A stretch of 64,000 bases of DNA from Eledone cirrhosa (GCA_964016885.1 OZ024758.1:16864001-16928000), one strand, 5' to 3'. Positions 39,108-52,685 are shown, numbered from the stretch's first letter. Numbers and translations: made by a program. Notes: generated by a model not told the origin, from the letters alone.

Positions 39108-39977
39108 GACGGGCTGCCAATAATCCGGTCATGCGGAGGAGTTCGGCAGTACACCTGAGGTCTTGACGGCGACCAGTGCAAAGAGGAAGCGACCAGACAA
39201 ATGCCGGTATTTGTTTATTTTACGTTCTTCTGCGAGGCGGGCTGCAATATTGGGGTTTGTAGCTGAAGCAACTAACTCTCACTAGATGAAAAACCTGACC
39301 TTTGGTTGTTAGATCTACATGATATCATAACCCCAAAATCAATCTAGTACAGTGTAGTTTGAAATATATTCTTATAAAGAATTACTTATTTGACTAACTT
39401 ATTATCATTAAATGACAATGGACACATTTCTATTATAAATAAATCCTGTATTTCTGAGAAAACTAATGTATGTATATTTGGAAATAATATAATAATTAAT
39501 TTTGTGTGAGGCTATTGAAGCAGACTAAATTCTTTACGGAATCTAACAAAATACCCCCATTCATCTGAATTCAATTTTCATCACATATAACTTTGTCTTT
39601 CATCCTTATTTCATTTACTGTATTAATGAAATATATACTAGTCATATATTGGAAATATTGCTCATAGATAGAAATTATGCTTACAGTAATTGTGCTTATA
39701 GTAATTTCTTTCATTAGCACAATCCCCAAAATTCGTAGAGGAATTAACCCTTTTGTTACCATATCTCTAATTAAATATAAAGGTATATGTTTCAATTAAT
39801 TTTGAAAATAATCAAAGACTTGGAAGAATTTAGTAAAATGTATAACTTTTAAAATAAAATATTGTATAAAACATTATTTAATATCTTTTAATAATAATAT
39901 TCTGAAAGATTTTTATATGAGAATGAACACTGTAAAATATGCAATTTTCTATCATAGAACCAGTGGCAGTTTGATAA

Positions 39978-40202
39978 CACTTTACCATTTACATTACTCT
40001 ATATTTACTATTATATTTTCATGCTAAACACATAATTAATTTCACATAATTATCTCACATAATATCGAATCTATGAGATTTTGATATTATTTATTTTCAG
40101 AACAATACCTAAACATCATTATGAGCAGCTGGTTATGCCCAGTTTGAACAGAGAGACAGGCAAGAATTCTGGTCAGATATGGCTGGTTTAAATATTAAAG
40201 GA
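39978..40202. mobile_element. P1 MITE, diverged
   Basis: Body homologous to 6658-6877, with degenerate TIRs. Confidence 0.7.
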
Positions 40203-40239
40203 TTAATTGTGTGTTTATTAGATTTTTTTTCTTCTGTAT

Positions 40240-40530
40240 TTCTTCTTGTCATTCCTCTCACCCAACCACTTTGATTCTTCCCCAGCACATGGCTCAGCCA
40301 TCTCATTCTATTTATTTTCACAACATTTATCACTGTCTCCATTTCCATAATTTTCTACAATTTGGCGTTTGCTTTCTTCACTATGAGACTGATATTTTGT
40401 TCATTCACTAAAAGATTCTCATTTTTCTTTATTTTCAGCATTCTCTGTTTCTTCACATTCATCACCCAGGTATCACTCCCATAAATCTTGGCACTTCTTA
40501 CACCTGCAACTTGTAACGACAATAAAAAAA
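40240..40530 (-). mobile_element. Highly degraded RTE fragment
   Basis: VRSAKIYGSDTW and RMRWLSHVL motifs. Confidence 0.6.
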
Positions 40531-40694
40531 AAACTACAATTCTGTGCAAGGGCTGTCAAATAAGTAAAATAAGACTTTATTGACTAGATAGTTTTCCATT
40601 TTCATTCTATTAATGAAAAGAAAATTATATTGAAACAAATTTTAGAATAAAAATAGTACAAAGTTTTTTCCTAAATTGTTTCCCCCCAGATTAA

Positions 40695-40915
40695 CCCTTT
40701 AGCATTTAAACCGGCCATATCAAGACAGAATTATCTCACCTCTTTCTGTTCAAACTAGCTGTAACTGGCCACTCATACTGATGTTAAGGTATTGTTCTCA
40801 AAATAAATAATATCAAAATTTCATACATTCGTTATTATGTGAGATAATTATGTGAGGTAAAGCCTTTACTGAGAAAATATAATAGTATATATAGAGTAAT
40901 GTAAATGGTAAAGGG
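40695..40915. mobile_element. P1 MITE, complete
   Basis: TTAA-cccttttagcattt ... aaatggtaaaggg-TTAA. Confidence 0.85.
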
Positions 40916-41801
40916 TTAAGGATATAGGAAATATCTGTACACAAGAATTCCAGCCTTGAGCATGCTGTCTTCGTAGGGGCTTGTTGTATTACATTCTTTA
41001 TCCTCATCATCATCAACGTTTAACATCCATTTTTCCACACTAGCATGGGTTAGGGTGTGAGACAAGGCAGATTAGATGACCATGTCTTGCTCATATGGAA
41101 CCGGTTCTGGATTGGTTTCTATGGCTGGATGCCAGAAAATACAAATTTCTATGAAAATATTCGGTTAAGGATGATGTATACATTCAATGTCTTTGATCAT
41201 AGGCCTGACCTGGGGCTAAATAATCATAACAATAGGAATTAAATTAAACAGAAGATAATCAAATCTCTTATTTTGTTATAAATCATCATCATCATCACCA
41301 TCACCATCACTATCACCACCATCACCATCATCATCATCGTCATCATCACCACTGATCACCATCGTCACCACCACCACCACCACCACCACCACCACTACCA
41401 CCATCACAAATCACCATCACCACCACCATCATCATCAGCATCATCACCATCACAAATCACCATCATCACCATCACCATCACAATCACCACCATCACCACC
41501 ACTATCATCAGCATCATCATCACCATCACAAACCACCATCATCACTATCACCACCATCATCATCAGCACCATCATCATCACCACCACTACCACCACCACC
41601 ATCACCACCATCATCATCATCATTTTCAACACCATTTAATAACAAATCTATTCTCTGCGTACCAAACCAAACCTGTCTCATGGCGGCCATGAAAGTTCTA
41701 GTTAATACTTAACCTCATTTTTACATCCTACTCATTGTAACCTCAGTAGTTAGTCAAAGCATAAATAATGTAGCAGAAGTTTCCTATATCTTCTTTAGTT
41801 T

Positions 41802-42006
41802 GCCAGATGGGGCTACAAGACCTGCGCAACCATCTGCGAATGCGGAGAGGAGGACCATACGATGCAGCACTGCCTAGTTTGCCCTCTACTATCCAACCAG
41901 TGCAGCTTAAAAGATCTCGCAGAATTTAATAATAATGCAAAGGACCATGTAAAGAAATGGGAATATCTCATATAACCACATCCTTCGAAGATACGAAAAG
42001 AAGAAG
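41802..42006 (+). mobile_element. Vingi/Ingi-like LINE 3' end (CCHC knuckle)
   Basis: Open frame 41802-41975: ARWGYKTCATICECGEEDHTMQHCLVCPLLSNQCSLKDLAEFNNNAKDHVKKWEYLI*. Very short UTR, (AAG)n tail, agttt at both junctions. Confidence 0.8.
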
Positions 42007-42926
42007 TTTTTTAAGAATTTATGGTTGAATCATCATCATCATTGTCATCACCATTTAATAACAAATCTATTTTCTGCGTACCAAACCAAACCTGTCTCAT
42101 GGCGGCCATGAAAGTTTTAGTTAATACTTAACCTCATTTTTACATCCTACTCATTGTAACCTCAGTAGTTAGTCAAAGCATAAATAATATAGCAGAAGTT
42201 TCCTATATCTTCTTTAGTTTTAAGAATTTATGGTTGAATTATAAATAAATACATAATTCACATTTAAGTCCAAGTATATTTCACAAGTTCATGTCTTCCT
42301 TTTTCATAGTTGAGTAGAAATTTACACGGTACCAAACTGTTTATTTCAAAATTTATTATCCAAATGTCTTGGAGATTCTACTTTGCAAGATGCTTTCCTC
42401 CAGTCACAAATCAGATAGCCAAACACTTCCAACCTGAGTGTAGAATTTATTACTCTTGTCAACTAGTAGAATGTAATTACTTACTACTAAGCTAGTTGTA
42501 TGGAGAATAAATAGACAGAGAGAGAGAGGGGGAGAGTGAGGGATGGAGAGAGGGTGGGAGTGAGAGAGTGAGGGATGGAGAGAGGGGCGATAGAGGGTGA
42601 GAGTGAGGGATGGAGAGAGGGGGATAGAGGGTGGGAGTGAGGGATAGAGTGAGAGAGTGAGGGAGTGAGGGAGAGAGTGATGGAGAGAGAGGGAGAGAGA
42701 GAGGGGAGAAATAGTGGGAGAGATGGGGAGAAAGAGAAACAGAAGAAAGAGAGAGGGGGAGAAGGAGAAAGAGAAGAAAGAGAAAAAGGTGATGGAAATA
42801 GAGAGAAAAGGAGCAGAAGTGAAAGAAGAAAGCTGGAGCAAGATCTTAAAATTTCATTCTGGAATTGCAGAATCTTCAGAATATTGAACAGAATGAAATG
42901 TTAGGAAGAAAGTATAGCACTTCAGA

Positions 42927-43907
42927 ATGACAGGATTATTATAATTGTTTCTACTTTTGGCACAAGGCCAGCAATTACCCTAGTGCATTACTGGTACTTT
43001 ATTTTATCGACCCCGTAAGGATGAAAGGCAAATTTAACATCGGCGGGATTTGAACTCAGGCCGTAAGGGGCCGTAACTCTATGCTGCAAAGCATGTTGGA
43101 TACTGCCGATCCACCGCTCTATGACAGGATTATTATAATTGTTTCTACTTTTGGCACAAGGCCAGCAATTACCCCAGTGTATTACTGGTACTTTATTTTA
43201 TCGACTCCGTAAGGATGAAAGGCAAAGTTAACGTCGGCGGGATTTTAAATCAGGCCGTAAAGGGCCGTAACTCTATGCTGCAAAGCATGTTGAATACTGC
43301 CGATCCACCGCTCTATGACAGGATTATTATAATTGTTTCTACTTTTGGCACAAGGCCAGCAATTTCCCCAGTGTATTACTGGTACTTTATTTTATCGACT
43401 CCGCAAGGATGAAAGGCAAAGTTAACGTCGGCGGGATTTAAACTCAGGCCGTAAAGGGCCGTAACTCTATGCTGCAAAGCATGTTGGCTACTGCCGATCC
43501 ACCGCTCTATGACAGGATTATTATAATTGTTTCTACTTTTGGCACAAGGCCAGCAATTACCCAGTGTATTACTGGTACTTTATTTTATCGACTCCGCAAG
43601 GATGAAAGGCAAAGTTAACGTCGGCGGGATTTGAACTCAGGCCGTAAAGGGCCGTAACTCTATGCTGCAAAGCATGTTGGCTACTGCCGATCCACCGCTC
43701 TATGACAGGATTATTATAATTGTTTCTACTTTTGGCACAAGGCCAGCAATTACCCAGTGTATTACTGGTACTTTATTTTATCGACTCCGCAAGGATGAAA
43801 GGCAAAGTTAACGTCGGCGGGATTTGAAATAAGGCCGTAAAGGGCCGTAACTCTATGCTGTAAAGCATGTTTGCTACTGCCAATCCACCGCTCTATGACA
43901 GGATTAT
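42927..43907 (-). repeat. Tandem array of 5 SINE B copies, period 193-194 bp
   Basis: atgacaggattat at 42927, 43121, 43315, 43509, 43702 and 43895. Confidence 0.95.
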
Positions 43908-43989
43908 CATAATGAAGTTCCATTATAGAAATATGTGTAAGGTAGAAAATAAAGAATTAGATGCTTGATAGAACTTTAAAGTGTTATAT

Positions 43990-44470
43990 CACAGGTACAG
44001 GTTCACGGTCGAGCCCTGGGCAGTGGAGACCTCTGGTGTCCTTGGCACTAGGGCTACCTCCCTACTCACCACCACCATAGGCGCTGAGCTGGCCAGCTGC
44101 AGGTGTGAGCCTTGCAAGATGGAATGTCTCTTCCAGCGCACCCCCTTTACCATCCTGCAGCGAAACGCCTTCTCCATTCTGTCCGCTCCGCCAGGGCTGT
44201 GGGGAGGCCAGCGCGTGGGACCCCATTTGCTCACCCTACAAAGAAATGGGGAGGGCAAGAGAGATGGAGGCGATGACAGTGGGAGTTTGGCTCTTCCACG
44301 TTCGGACCATATTCTTGTGGTTGTGTTCATTAAGCAGTTAATGAGTCTATTTGGTCACCATACAGAGAAATGGGGAGGGCAAGAGAGATGGAGGCGATGA
44401 CAGTGGGAGTTCGGCCCTTCCACGTTTGGACCATATTCTTGTGGTTGTGTTCATTAAGCAGTTAATGAGT
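43990..44470 (+). mobile_element. CRE-like non-LTR 3' end with a duplicated 3' UTR segment
   Basis: VEPWAVETSGVLGTRATSLLTTTIGAELA..EP.KMECLFQR..ILQRNAFSILSA; duplication of about 125 bp within 44240-44470. Confidence 0.8.
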
Positions 44471-44728
44471 TTGTTTATGTATAGACTCTATACTGTACAT
44501 TGTGTATGTATCAAACAGTCAAATTATCAACTGAGTGAGCTATGATAATTGGATTGTTCTTATTATTCTTTGCTATATTTTAAATAAAGAAAATAATCTA
44601 TGCCGGTACCAATTGAATAGTAATTCAACTTCTCAGGTGAGTTGTATCAACTGTGGGTCCCTGTTCACTTGGAACTGCTAGAAATAGTTGCTTGCCAAAA
44701 CTCTCCTAAATCAGATTTACTGTCTTAA

Positions 44729-45010
44729 CCATTTAGCATTTAAACTGGCCATATCCAACCAGAATTCTTTCACCTCTTTCTGTTCAAACTGGCTGTAACT
44801 CACCACTCATACTTATGTTAAGGTATTGTTCTAAAAATGAATGATATCAAAATCTCATAGATTCGATATTATGTGAAATAATAATTGTTTCTACGTTAGG
44901 CACAAGGCCAGCAATTACCCAGTGCATTACTGGTACTTTATGTGAAATAATAATGTAAGATAAAGTGTTTACCATGAAAATACAATAGTAAATATAACGT
45001 AATGTAAATA
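44729..45010. mobile_element. P1 MITE interrupted by a SINE B 3' fragment
   Basis: TTAA-ccatttagcattt start; SINE tail at 44880-44940 flanked by tatgtgaaataataat repeats. Confidence 0.75.
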
Positions 45011-46401
45011 CACAAAGTGAGTTGGCTTGAAGAATTGATAGGAAGAAAGGAATAAAATGGATGAGAGGAGATCACAAATATTTAAATACACTTATCAGCT
45101 TTCAGACCGCCTGAGGTTTCAGCGATTTAATAAATCCACATATAGTTTCATGATTTGAATGATAAGAAATCTTTTTCCAGAAAGAGTCAGAAAATGGAAA
45201 TGAGAAAGAGATATTGGGGAAGGATCAACCCCAGTCCTAGACTGATACTTTTTTTTTTTATTGAACTCGAATGGAGGAAACACAAAAAGTTTACCTCAGT
45301 GGGATTTGAGAGCAGAGAGCCCGAACAAATAACACAAAGCACTTTATCTGACGTTATAACAACTCTGCCGATTCACTGTATGATATATATATATATCAGA
45401 ATGAATACCGCAACACAAAGCACTCTATTCAATGCTCTAAAAATTCATCCCATTCATCATCATATATATTTATTAAACTGAGTTGCTGAAGATCCTATAA
45501 AAGGGCGAAAGCAGAGATTCTTTCTTAAACTTTAATCTCTACATATAATAAATATTTGCTCTGTTTCTTATATATAAATATATATAATCCTTATTGAGCC
45601 CTCTTCACATTTATTATCACTATATATATATATATATGTATATGTAGTATTAACGTATAAGGGAGCAAAGAATCAGTGTTGCATCATATACATATTTAAT
45701 TAGATATTACATATGTTTCACTGTCGCTCAGCTCGAGGAACGTTCTATTAATTGTGGAACCTGACTCTGGAATTAGAAACTCCTCAGATATGTTTTAACA
45801 TGTATATATATATATATATATAATGTGGCCAAGTAGGTAACATGGTAAAAAGCTCCCAGTCCACACTGTAAATGTGGTTGGTGTTAGGAAGGGTATCCAG
45901 CAGTAAAAAAACCTGCCAGATACACTTCCGTGAAAGAGACACATGGTTTCCTGACCATTCCCGCATCAAATGGAACAAAACCATCTAACCCATTTGAAAG
46001 GTAAGCATCCCAAAACCTCTTAAAACAACGACAATGTTTGTATCAATCTATGTTTAATGCATTTATTAAAATCGCTCCTCTAAAACTATTGGACTTGTGC
46101 CTAAATACGAAACCTAAATAATTCTAATTAAAGTATCATAAAGAAGTTTAAATTAAAATTCTTTGCTATGGTATCTATTTTCACATCTCAATATTTTGTT
46201 ACAATCAGATGTGAAAAGCAAAAATTTACAAATATAAATAAATAAATAAATAAAGGAATAAATAAATAATATCAAGCAAACAAATAAGAATTTTTAATGG
46301 ATTTTACTTCCTTTTGTTAGAAGTGATTAGTATTGAAATAATGTTTATTTGTCTTAAAGTTTAACATCTCAAGCATTGTCTTAGATAATTATATATATGT
46401 G

Positions 46402-46433
<32 letters not shown>

Positions 46434-46572
46434 TAGATATATATATATATTCCAGACCCATGCTAGCGTGGAAAATGGACGTTAAACGATGATGATGATG
46501 ATGATATATATATATTTATTCAAATAACAGATTAAAGTTTAAGCAAAGAATCGCTGCATGTATATATATATA

Positions 46573-46608
<36 letters not shown>

Positions 46609-46769
46609 CAATTATGAGAATAATAATTGTTTCTACTTTAGGCACAAGGCCAGCAATTACCCAGTGCATTACTGGTACTTTATTTTATCGACCCCGTAAG
46701 GATGAAAGGAAAAGTGAACCTCGACGGAACAATGGAAATTATTTTGTACAGTAGTTAGGTGCCCTATAT

Positions 46770-47230
46770 CATCATCATCATCATCATCATCAGGTTTAGC
46801 GTCCGTGTTCCACGCTTGCATGGGTTTGGACGGGGGTTTTCCCACTTGAGGCAAGAGTGGTTGTCTTGCTCGCATAGGACTGTCTGGCGGGTTTTCTACA
46901 GTTGGATGCCCTTCCTAACACCAACCACATTTATAGTGTGGGGCTGGGAGGTTTTTACCGTGTTGCCTACACGGCCACATTACAGCGTGGACTGTCTGGC
47001 GGGTTTTCTACAGCTGGATGCCCTTCCTAACACCAACCACATTTACAGTGTGGGGCTGGGAGGTTTTTACCGTGTTGCCTACACGGCCACATTTACAGCG
47101 TGGACTGTGTGTTTTTTGTCGTGACACCTACACGATCTCATTTGTTTCGGCCTGGATGTTGTGGGACCAACATAACTTTACATTGAAAGGGGCGGTGTGG
47201 GTGGGGTGGAGGTGGTGGGACGGGGGTGTG
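46770..47230 (-). mobile_element. Retroposon with tail type 2 and an internal duplication of about 110 bp
   Basis: Two copies of ggactgtctggcggg...ggatgcccttcctaacaccaacc; (CAT)n on the plus strand. Confidence 0.7.
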
Positions 47231-47300
47231 TTTTGATAGAGATGCCTACTGACTGTAGTAGGTTTTTACTTTGTATTTAGGTAAGGCGGGTCTTCTCTAT

Positions 47301-47339
<39 letters not shown>

Positions 47340-47347
47340 ACATAAAG

Positions 47348-47389
<42 letters not shown>

Positions 47390-47437
47390 ACATAAAGCAC
47401 ACACACACATATATATATATGTGTGTTGTGTGTATAA

Positions 47438-47862
47438 ATAATGACTGATAAGTTTCAAAAAGCCGGTGCAATGCGGTAGAAAAATATGAAGGACAAAGGA
47501 TGACAAATAAAACAAAACAAAGTAATGTTTTACCTAATATATTTCAGGGCTTATATACCCTTTTCAAATGTGAAATGGAAATGGTTCAAAGCAAAAATGA
47601 ACAATTGATATGTTCTTCCTTAACTGATCTATGTGTCTGAAATATGCATGTGTGGAGCCATTATAATAACCAATATGCTTTGTGGAATTTTAATCTATTA
47701 TTTATCAGATGATATTCTTCTTAAATATAAGGGCCTCTTTGATTCTTATATTACATTGAATAATTGATAAAAAATTACTTTGAAGCATTTTATTTGTCAT
47801 CCATTGCCCTTTATATATTTCTATTGCATTGCACCAGTTTTCTGAAATTTATCAGTCATTTG
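47438..47862. repeat. Foldback with about 75-bp diverged arms
   Basis: atgactgataagtttca...ggatgacaaataaaa versus ttttatttgtcatcc...tgaaatttatcagtcat. Confidence 0.7.
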
Positions 47863-47897
47863 GTACATATCTCACAAAGCTTTGTATTAATACTGCT

Positions 47898-48226
47898 TTC
47901 ATTTCATTTCATTTCATTTTACGTCCGCTTTTTCCCTGCTTTCAAGGGTGGGACGGGAACTGATGCTGGCTTGATTTCTACAGCTGGATGCCCTTCCTAA
48001 CACCAACCTCATTTACAGTGAGTGCTGGGTGCTTTTTTGCCGTGGCACCTCCACGACCACTTTGCAGTGGAATGATAGGGACCCCAGTCCCTATCATCTC
48101 ATTTCTACAGCTGAGTAAACTGGAGCAATGTGAAATAAAGTTTCTTGCTCAAGGAAACAACACATCACCGGGTCTGAGAATTGAACTCACAACCTTTCGA
48201 TTGCAAGGCCAATGCTTTAACCACTA
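47898..48226 (-). mobile_element. SINE family A
   Basis: Reverse complement of 5838-6180, lacking the first ~12 nt. Confidence 0.9.
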
Positions 48227-48442
48227 ATATATATTCACTTTTATGTTGTAACTATATATATATATATATGTATGTATATAAAATAACAAGTAGCCTTTAC
48301 GGTAATCCAGCTAGAGGTTATGAGAGTACTCTGTATCAAGGATAGTTTTAATGTTCAGTATTGTTTGACTCAACCTGTAGTTTCCCTAGTCAGGTGGTCA
48401 GTTTAAGATAGTTCTTAGGTAGGCTGTTCTTGGAGTAATAAT

Positions 48443-48681
48443 AATAAAAGAATGAAGAATAACATGGTCGGCTGTACACTAGGGTTTATTTAAAGTATTA
48501 ACAATTGTTTCATTAGTAAGATCAATATTCTGATGATTTGGTTGGGTATCGACTGTAATTAAAGTCCTGTGACTTGACTTCTAATGATCAACGATTTTTA
48601 GACACACCGGACTAATGAAACAATTGTTAAAATTTCAAATAGACCCTATTGTACAGACTACCATGTTATTCATTCTTTTAC
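48443..48681 (+). ncRNA. Foldback containing a hammerhead-ribozyme-like core (Penelope-like remnant)
   Basis: Arms of about 70 bp. CTGATGA at 48530-48536, stem II ttggtt/gactaa, GAAA at 48617-48620, palindromic stem III ACAATTGT, GTT triplet. Confidence 0.5.
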
Positions 48682-48704
48682 TATATACATATATATATAT
48701 ATAT

Positions 48705-49197
48705 AAAAGTGCAGAGCACTAAAAGTCGATGGAAACCGCGGAGTGGGGAGACCCAAGATGCCTTGGGATGAGGTGATAAAAGCCGACGTTACCCAATTAC
48801 ACCTCTCACAGGCGATGACACACGACCGTGACCTCTGGCGTCACACAGTAATATAGAAGACCCGACCACCCCCCATGGGTACAAGCCGAAGCTGAAGCAT
48901 ATAGACAATATGTCCCCACACCCTCCCACTGCAAAGTGGTCGTGGAGGTGCCATGGCAAAAAAGCACCCAGCCCACACTGTAAAGTGGACGTGTAGGCAC
49001 CACGGAAAAAAGCACCCAGCACTTACTGTAAATGAGGTTGGTGCTAGGAAGGGCATCCAGCTGTAGAAATCAAGCCAGAATCAGTTCCTGTATGAGCAAG
49101 ACAAGGTCAGCCGACCAGACACTGCCCACAACAGGACAACCCATCTAACCCATGCTAGCGTGGAAAAACGGACGTAAAACGGTGATGATGATGATGA

Positions 49198-49200
<3 letters not shown>
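48705..49200 (+). mobile_element. 5'-truncated copy of the 14794 RTE family
   Basis: Near-identical to 15350-15833; (TA)n on both sides. Confidence 0.9.
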
Positions 49201-49228
<28 letters not shown>

Positions 49229-49336
49229 ACGAAGGAAGTGTGGCAACGAATCAGGCAGACCATAACAGGCCAGAGTACTCAATACTTTGGGTAGTAGAAT
49301 GCGCAATAGGAATAGAGTCCAGATATACCTGTGGAA

Positions 49337-49522
49337 ATGGCTTGAGCTCTGCCGTCGGGGTTCTGACTTTTTTCCTATTACCCATTCTACTGTCCAGAAA
49401 TAGCTTTCAAAACGGCTTGATCTCTGCCGTCGGGTTCTGACTTTTTTCCTATTACCCATTCTACTGTCCAGAAATAGCTTTCAAAACGGCTTGATCTCTG
49501 CCATCGGGGTTCTGACTATTTT
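49337..49522. repeat. Tandem repeat of about 80 bp, 2.3 copies
   Basis: ggcttga.ctctgcc.tcgggttctgact recurs three times. Confidence 0.8.
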
Positions 49523-49616
49523 CCAATATATATATATATATATACGTTATTCCGGGTTGAATCGGAGGTAACCACAGTAAGTAAGGTACTCAATACATAG
49601 CAGAGTATAAAAGTTT

Positions 49617-49726
49617 TAATATAGATGAGATTCTACAGGACTAGAACTGTTTCATTCTTTAGAAATCATCAGGATGATTTCTAAAGAATGAAACAGTTCT
49701 AGTCCTGTAGAATCTCATCTATATTA
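49617..49726. repeat. Perfect palindrome with 54-bp arms and a 2-nt spacer; hammerhead core on the minus strand
   Basis: 49617-49670 is the exact reverse complement of 49673-49726. The minus strand reads CTGATGA-tttctaaagaat-GAAA-cagttcta-GTC starting at the axis. Confidence 0.9.
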
Positions 49727-50249
49727 TATATATATATATATATATATCCAGATTCACAGAAACCTATCGAAGATATTTATCGATTAATATCTAATATCTA
49801 TCGATCAGGTCCAGGTTTGTCTTTAACCTGTATGTATTTTTCGTTGTAGTATTAAGGTGGCATCAAACCGCTGGTCACATTATTCATTGTGTCACTATTA
49901 CCTAACTTATTGTGAATACTCTGTGGAGTAATTTATTCATTTCTCGCTCATTGAGTGATTCGTGATAGCATTCGTAAATTGATTGCAAAACTGCTATTGG
50001 CAGCTGTAACTTCAGTTATACTCATTCTACTGTTTGTATATATAGCAGAGTTATGTAGCTTGCTTGAAGCATTGTTTAATAGGAAAGACAAATTTAAATT
50101 ATTATTATTATTATATTTATATATATATACATACTTATATATATTTATATATATATATATATATATTTATTTATATACACACATATATATATACATTTAT
50201 TCATATATATACACATTTATTCATATATATATGTATATATACAAATGTG

Positions 50250-50325
<76 letters not shown>

Positions 50326-50371
50326 TATAGATGTATATATACAAAGCTGTCTCTCTCTCTATATATATATA

Positions 50372-50427
<56 letters not shown>

Positions 50428-50744
50428 TAGATGTATATATACAAAGCTATCTCTCTCTCTCTCTATATATATATATATAAATGTGTCTATATATATATAT
50501 AAATATACACACACACATGTGTGTGTGTGTTAAATGAATGAACAAAGAACTTCCTGAGATCAAAACATTTATTATTCTTTGTACGATTTGTTAACTAGAA
50601 AATTAGGTTTGATAATGCAAACATAATGTTTATGAATCGATTAATTTCCGTCAAATCTCCTCAAGAATAAAAGGCCCCTTGCAACATAGAATTAAAAAAA
50701 TATAATTACTATTAAACTGAAGATATTTATATTTGTATTGACTG

Positions 50745-51430
50745 GCAATGTTGTTTAACGTCGGACAATATGCTTTATAGCATAGAGTTATACTCCTTTA
50801 CGTTCTGTGTTCAAATACTGCCATGGTTAGCTTTGCCTTTCATCCTTACAGTGTGGTTAAAATAAAGTACCAGTAGCATAATGGGGTTCATTTAATCAAC
50901 TTTCCCCTTTCCTTAAATTTGTTGCCCTTGTGCCTAAATCTCTAAATCAGAAACAGTCATTAGGGCAGTAGATTATTAGTATTTTTAGACAATTGGACAA
51001 CATGCTTTGCAGCATAGAGCTATGTCCCTTTACATTCTTTGTTTAAATCCTGTTGATTTAATTGACTGTCCTCTTCCCTAAAAATTGCTGCCCTTGTGCC
51101 TAAATCTCTAAATCAGAAACAGTTATTAGGGCAGTAGATTATTAGTATTTGTAGACAATTGGACAACATGCTTTGCAGCATAGAGCTATGTCCCTTTATC
51201 TTCCTTGTTCAAATCCTGTTCATTTAATCAACTTTCCCCTTTACTAAAATGTGTTGCCCTTGTGCCTAAATCTCTAAATCAGAAACAGTTATTAGGGCAG
51301 TAGATTATTAATATTTGTAGACCATTGGACAACATGCTTTGCAGCATAGAGCTATGTCCCTTTATGTTCCTTGTGCAAATCCTGTTGATTTAATTGACTT
51401 TCCCGTTCTGCCTAAACCAGAAACCATTAT
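50745..51430 (+). repeat. 166-bp tandem array from a deleted SINE B derivative
   Basis: tctaaatcagaaacag at 50941, 51107 and 51273. Confidence 0.8.
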
Positions 51431-51699
51431 CTATCCTAATTTTGTCGTTAACGAAATGTGCATAGAATAGTAATAAATATTTTAATCCCAGCAACTTGTT
51501 TGGCCTTTCATTAACACAGGTTTATGTTCTGTGATGTTGCTTATGTTCAATATATTGGATGTCTCCATTTATAAATATTTGTATGATATAATGTCCCCCT
51601 TTGCCTCTCTCTCACTCACTCTCTCTCTCTCTATATATATATATATACACACATATAATGTATAAATAAATATATATATATAAATAATGTATATATATA

Positions 51700-51727
51700 T
51701 TTTCCATTTGTTAATATCGTATATATA

Positions 51728-51773
<46 letters not shown>

Positions 51774-51922
51774 TATTTATATATATCTATATATCTATAT
51801 ATACATTATTTATATATATATCTATATATACATTATTTATATATATATATATCTATATATACATTATTTATATATATATATATCTATATATACATTATTT
51901 ATATCTATATATCTATATATAC

Positions 51923-51970
<48 letters not shown>

Positions 51971-52033
51971 GTATATATAGATATATAGATATAAATAATG
52001 TATATATATAGATAGATATATATATAAATAATG

Positions 52034-52115
<82 letters not shown>

Positions 52116-52143
52116 TATATATACGATATTAACAAATGGAAAC
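51700..52143. repeat. AT-rich foldback of about 440 bp centred on (TA)n
   Basis: ttttccatttgttaatatcgtatatataattta is mirrored at 52111-52143; inner tacattattt units are mirrored by aaataatgta. Confidence 0.85.
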
Positions 52144-52300
52144 TATATTTATAAAACCATATTTATTTCATTATACATATTTCAAGGACACCAAGTTAAA
52201 TTATGGCGTGCTTTCATCAGATAAAATATAATATAGAGCAGTTTTATAAATAAATATTGACATACCCTTAAAGAATGCAACCATTACTGTTGGAAGCTCC

Positions 52301-52341
<41 letters not shown>

Positions 52342-52399
52342 TGTATATATATAAATATAATGTATATATATATATATAAATAATGTATATATATATATA

Positions 52400-52587
52400 T
52401 AATTGTTTCTACTTTAGGCACAAGGCCAGCAATTATCCAGTACATTACTGGTACTTTATTTTATCGACCTTTAAGGATGAAAGGCAAAGTCAACCTCGGC
52501 GGGATTTGAACTCAGATCGTAAAGGGACGTAACTATACTGGAAAGCATGGCGTCCGACCCTCTACCGATACTGCCAATCCACCGCCG
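52400..52587 (-). mobile_element. SINE family B, full length
   Basis: Head ggcggtggattggcagtatcggtagagggtcggacgcc, B box gagttcaaatccc, core gcctttcatcct..ggtcgataaaataaagtaccag (Nin/Sauria-like domain, from memory). Confidence 0.9.
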
Positions 52588-52685
52588 TATGTATATATAT
52601 ATATATATATATATAAATGATGTATATATATATATAAATGATGTATATATATATATATATATATATACAAATATATATATATATA

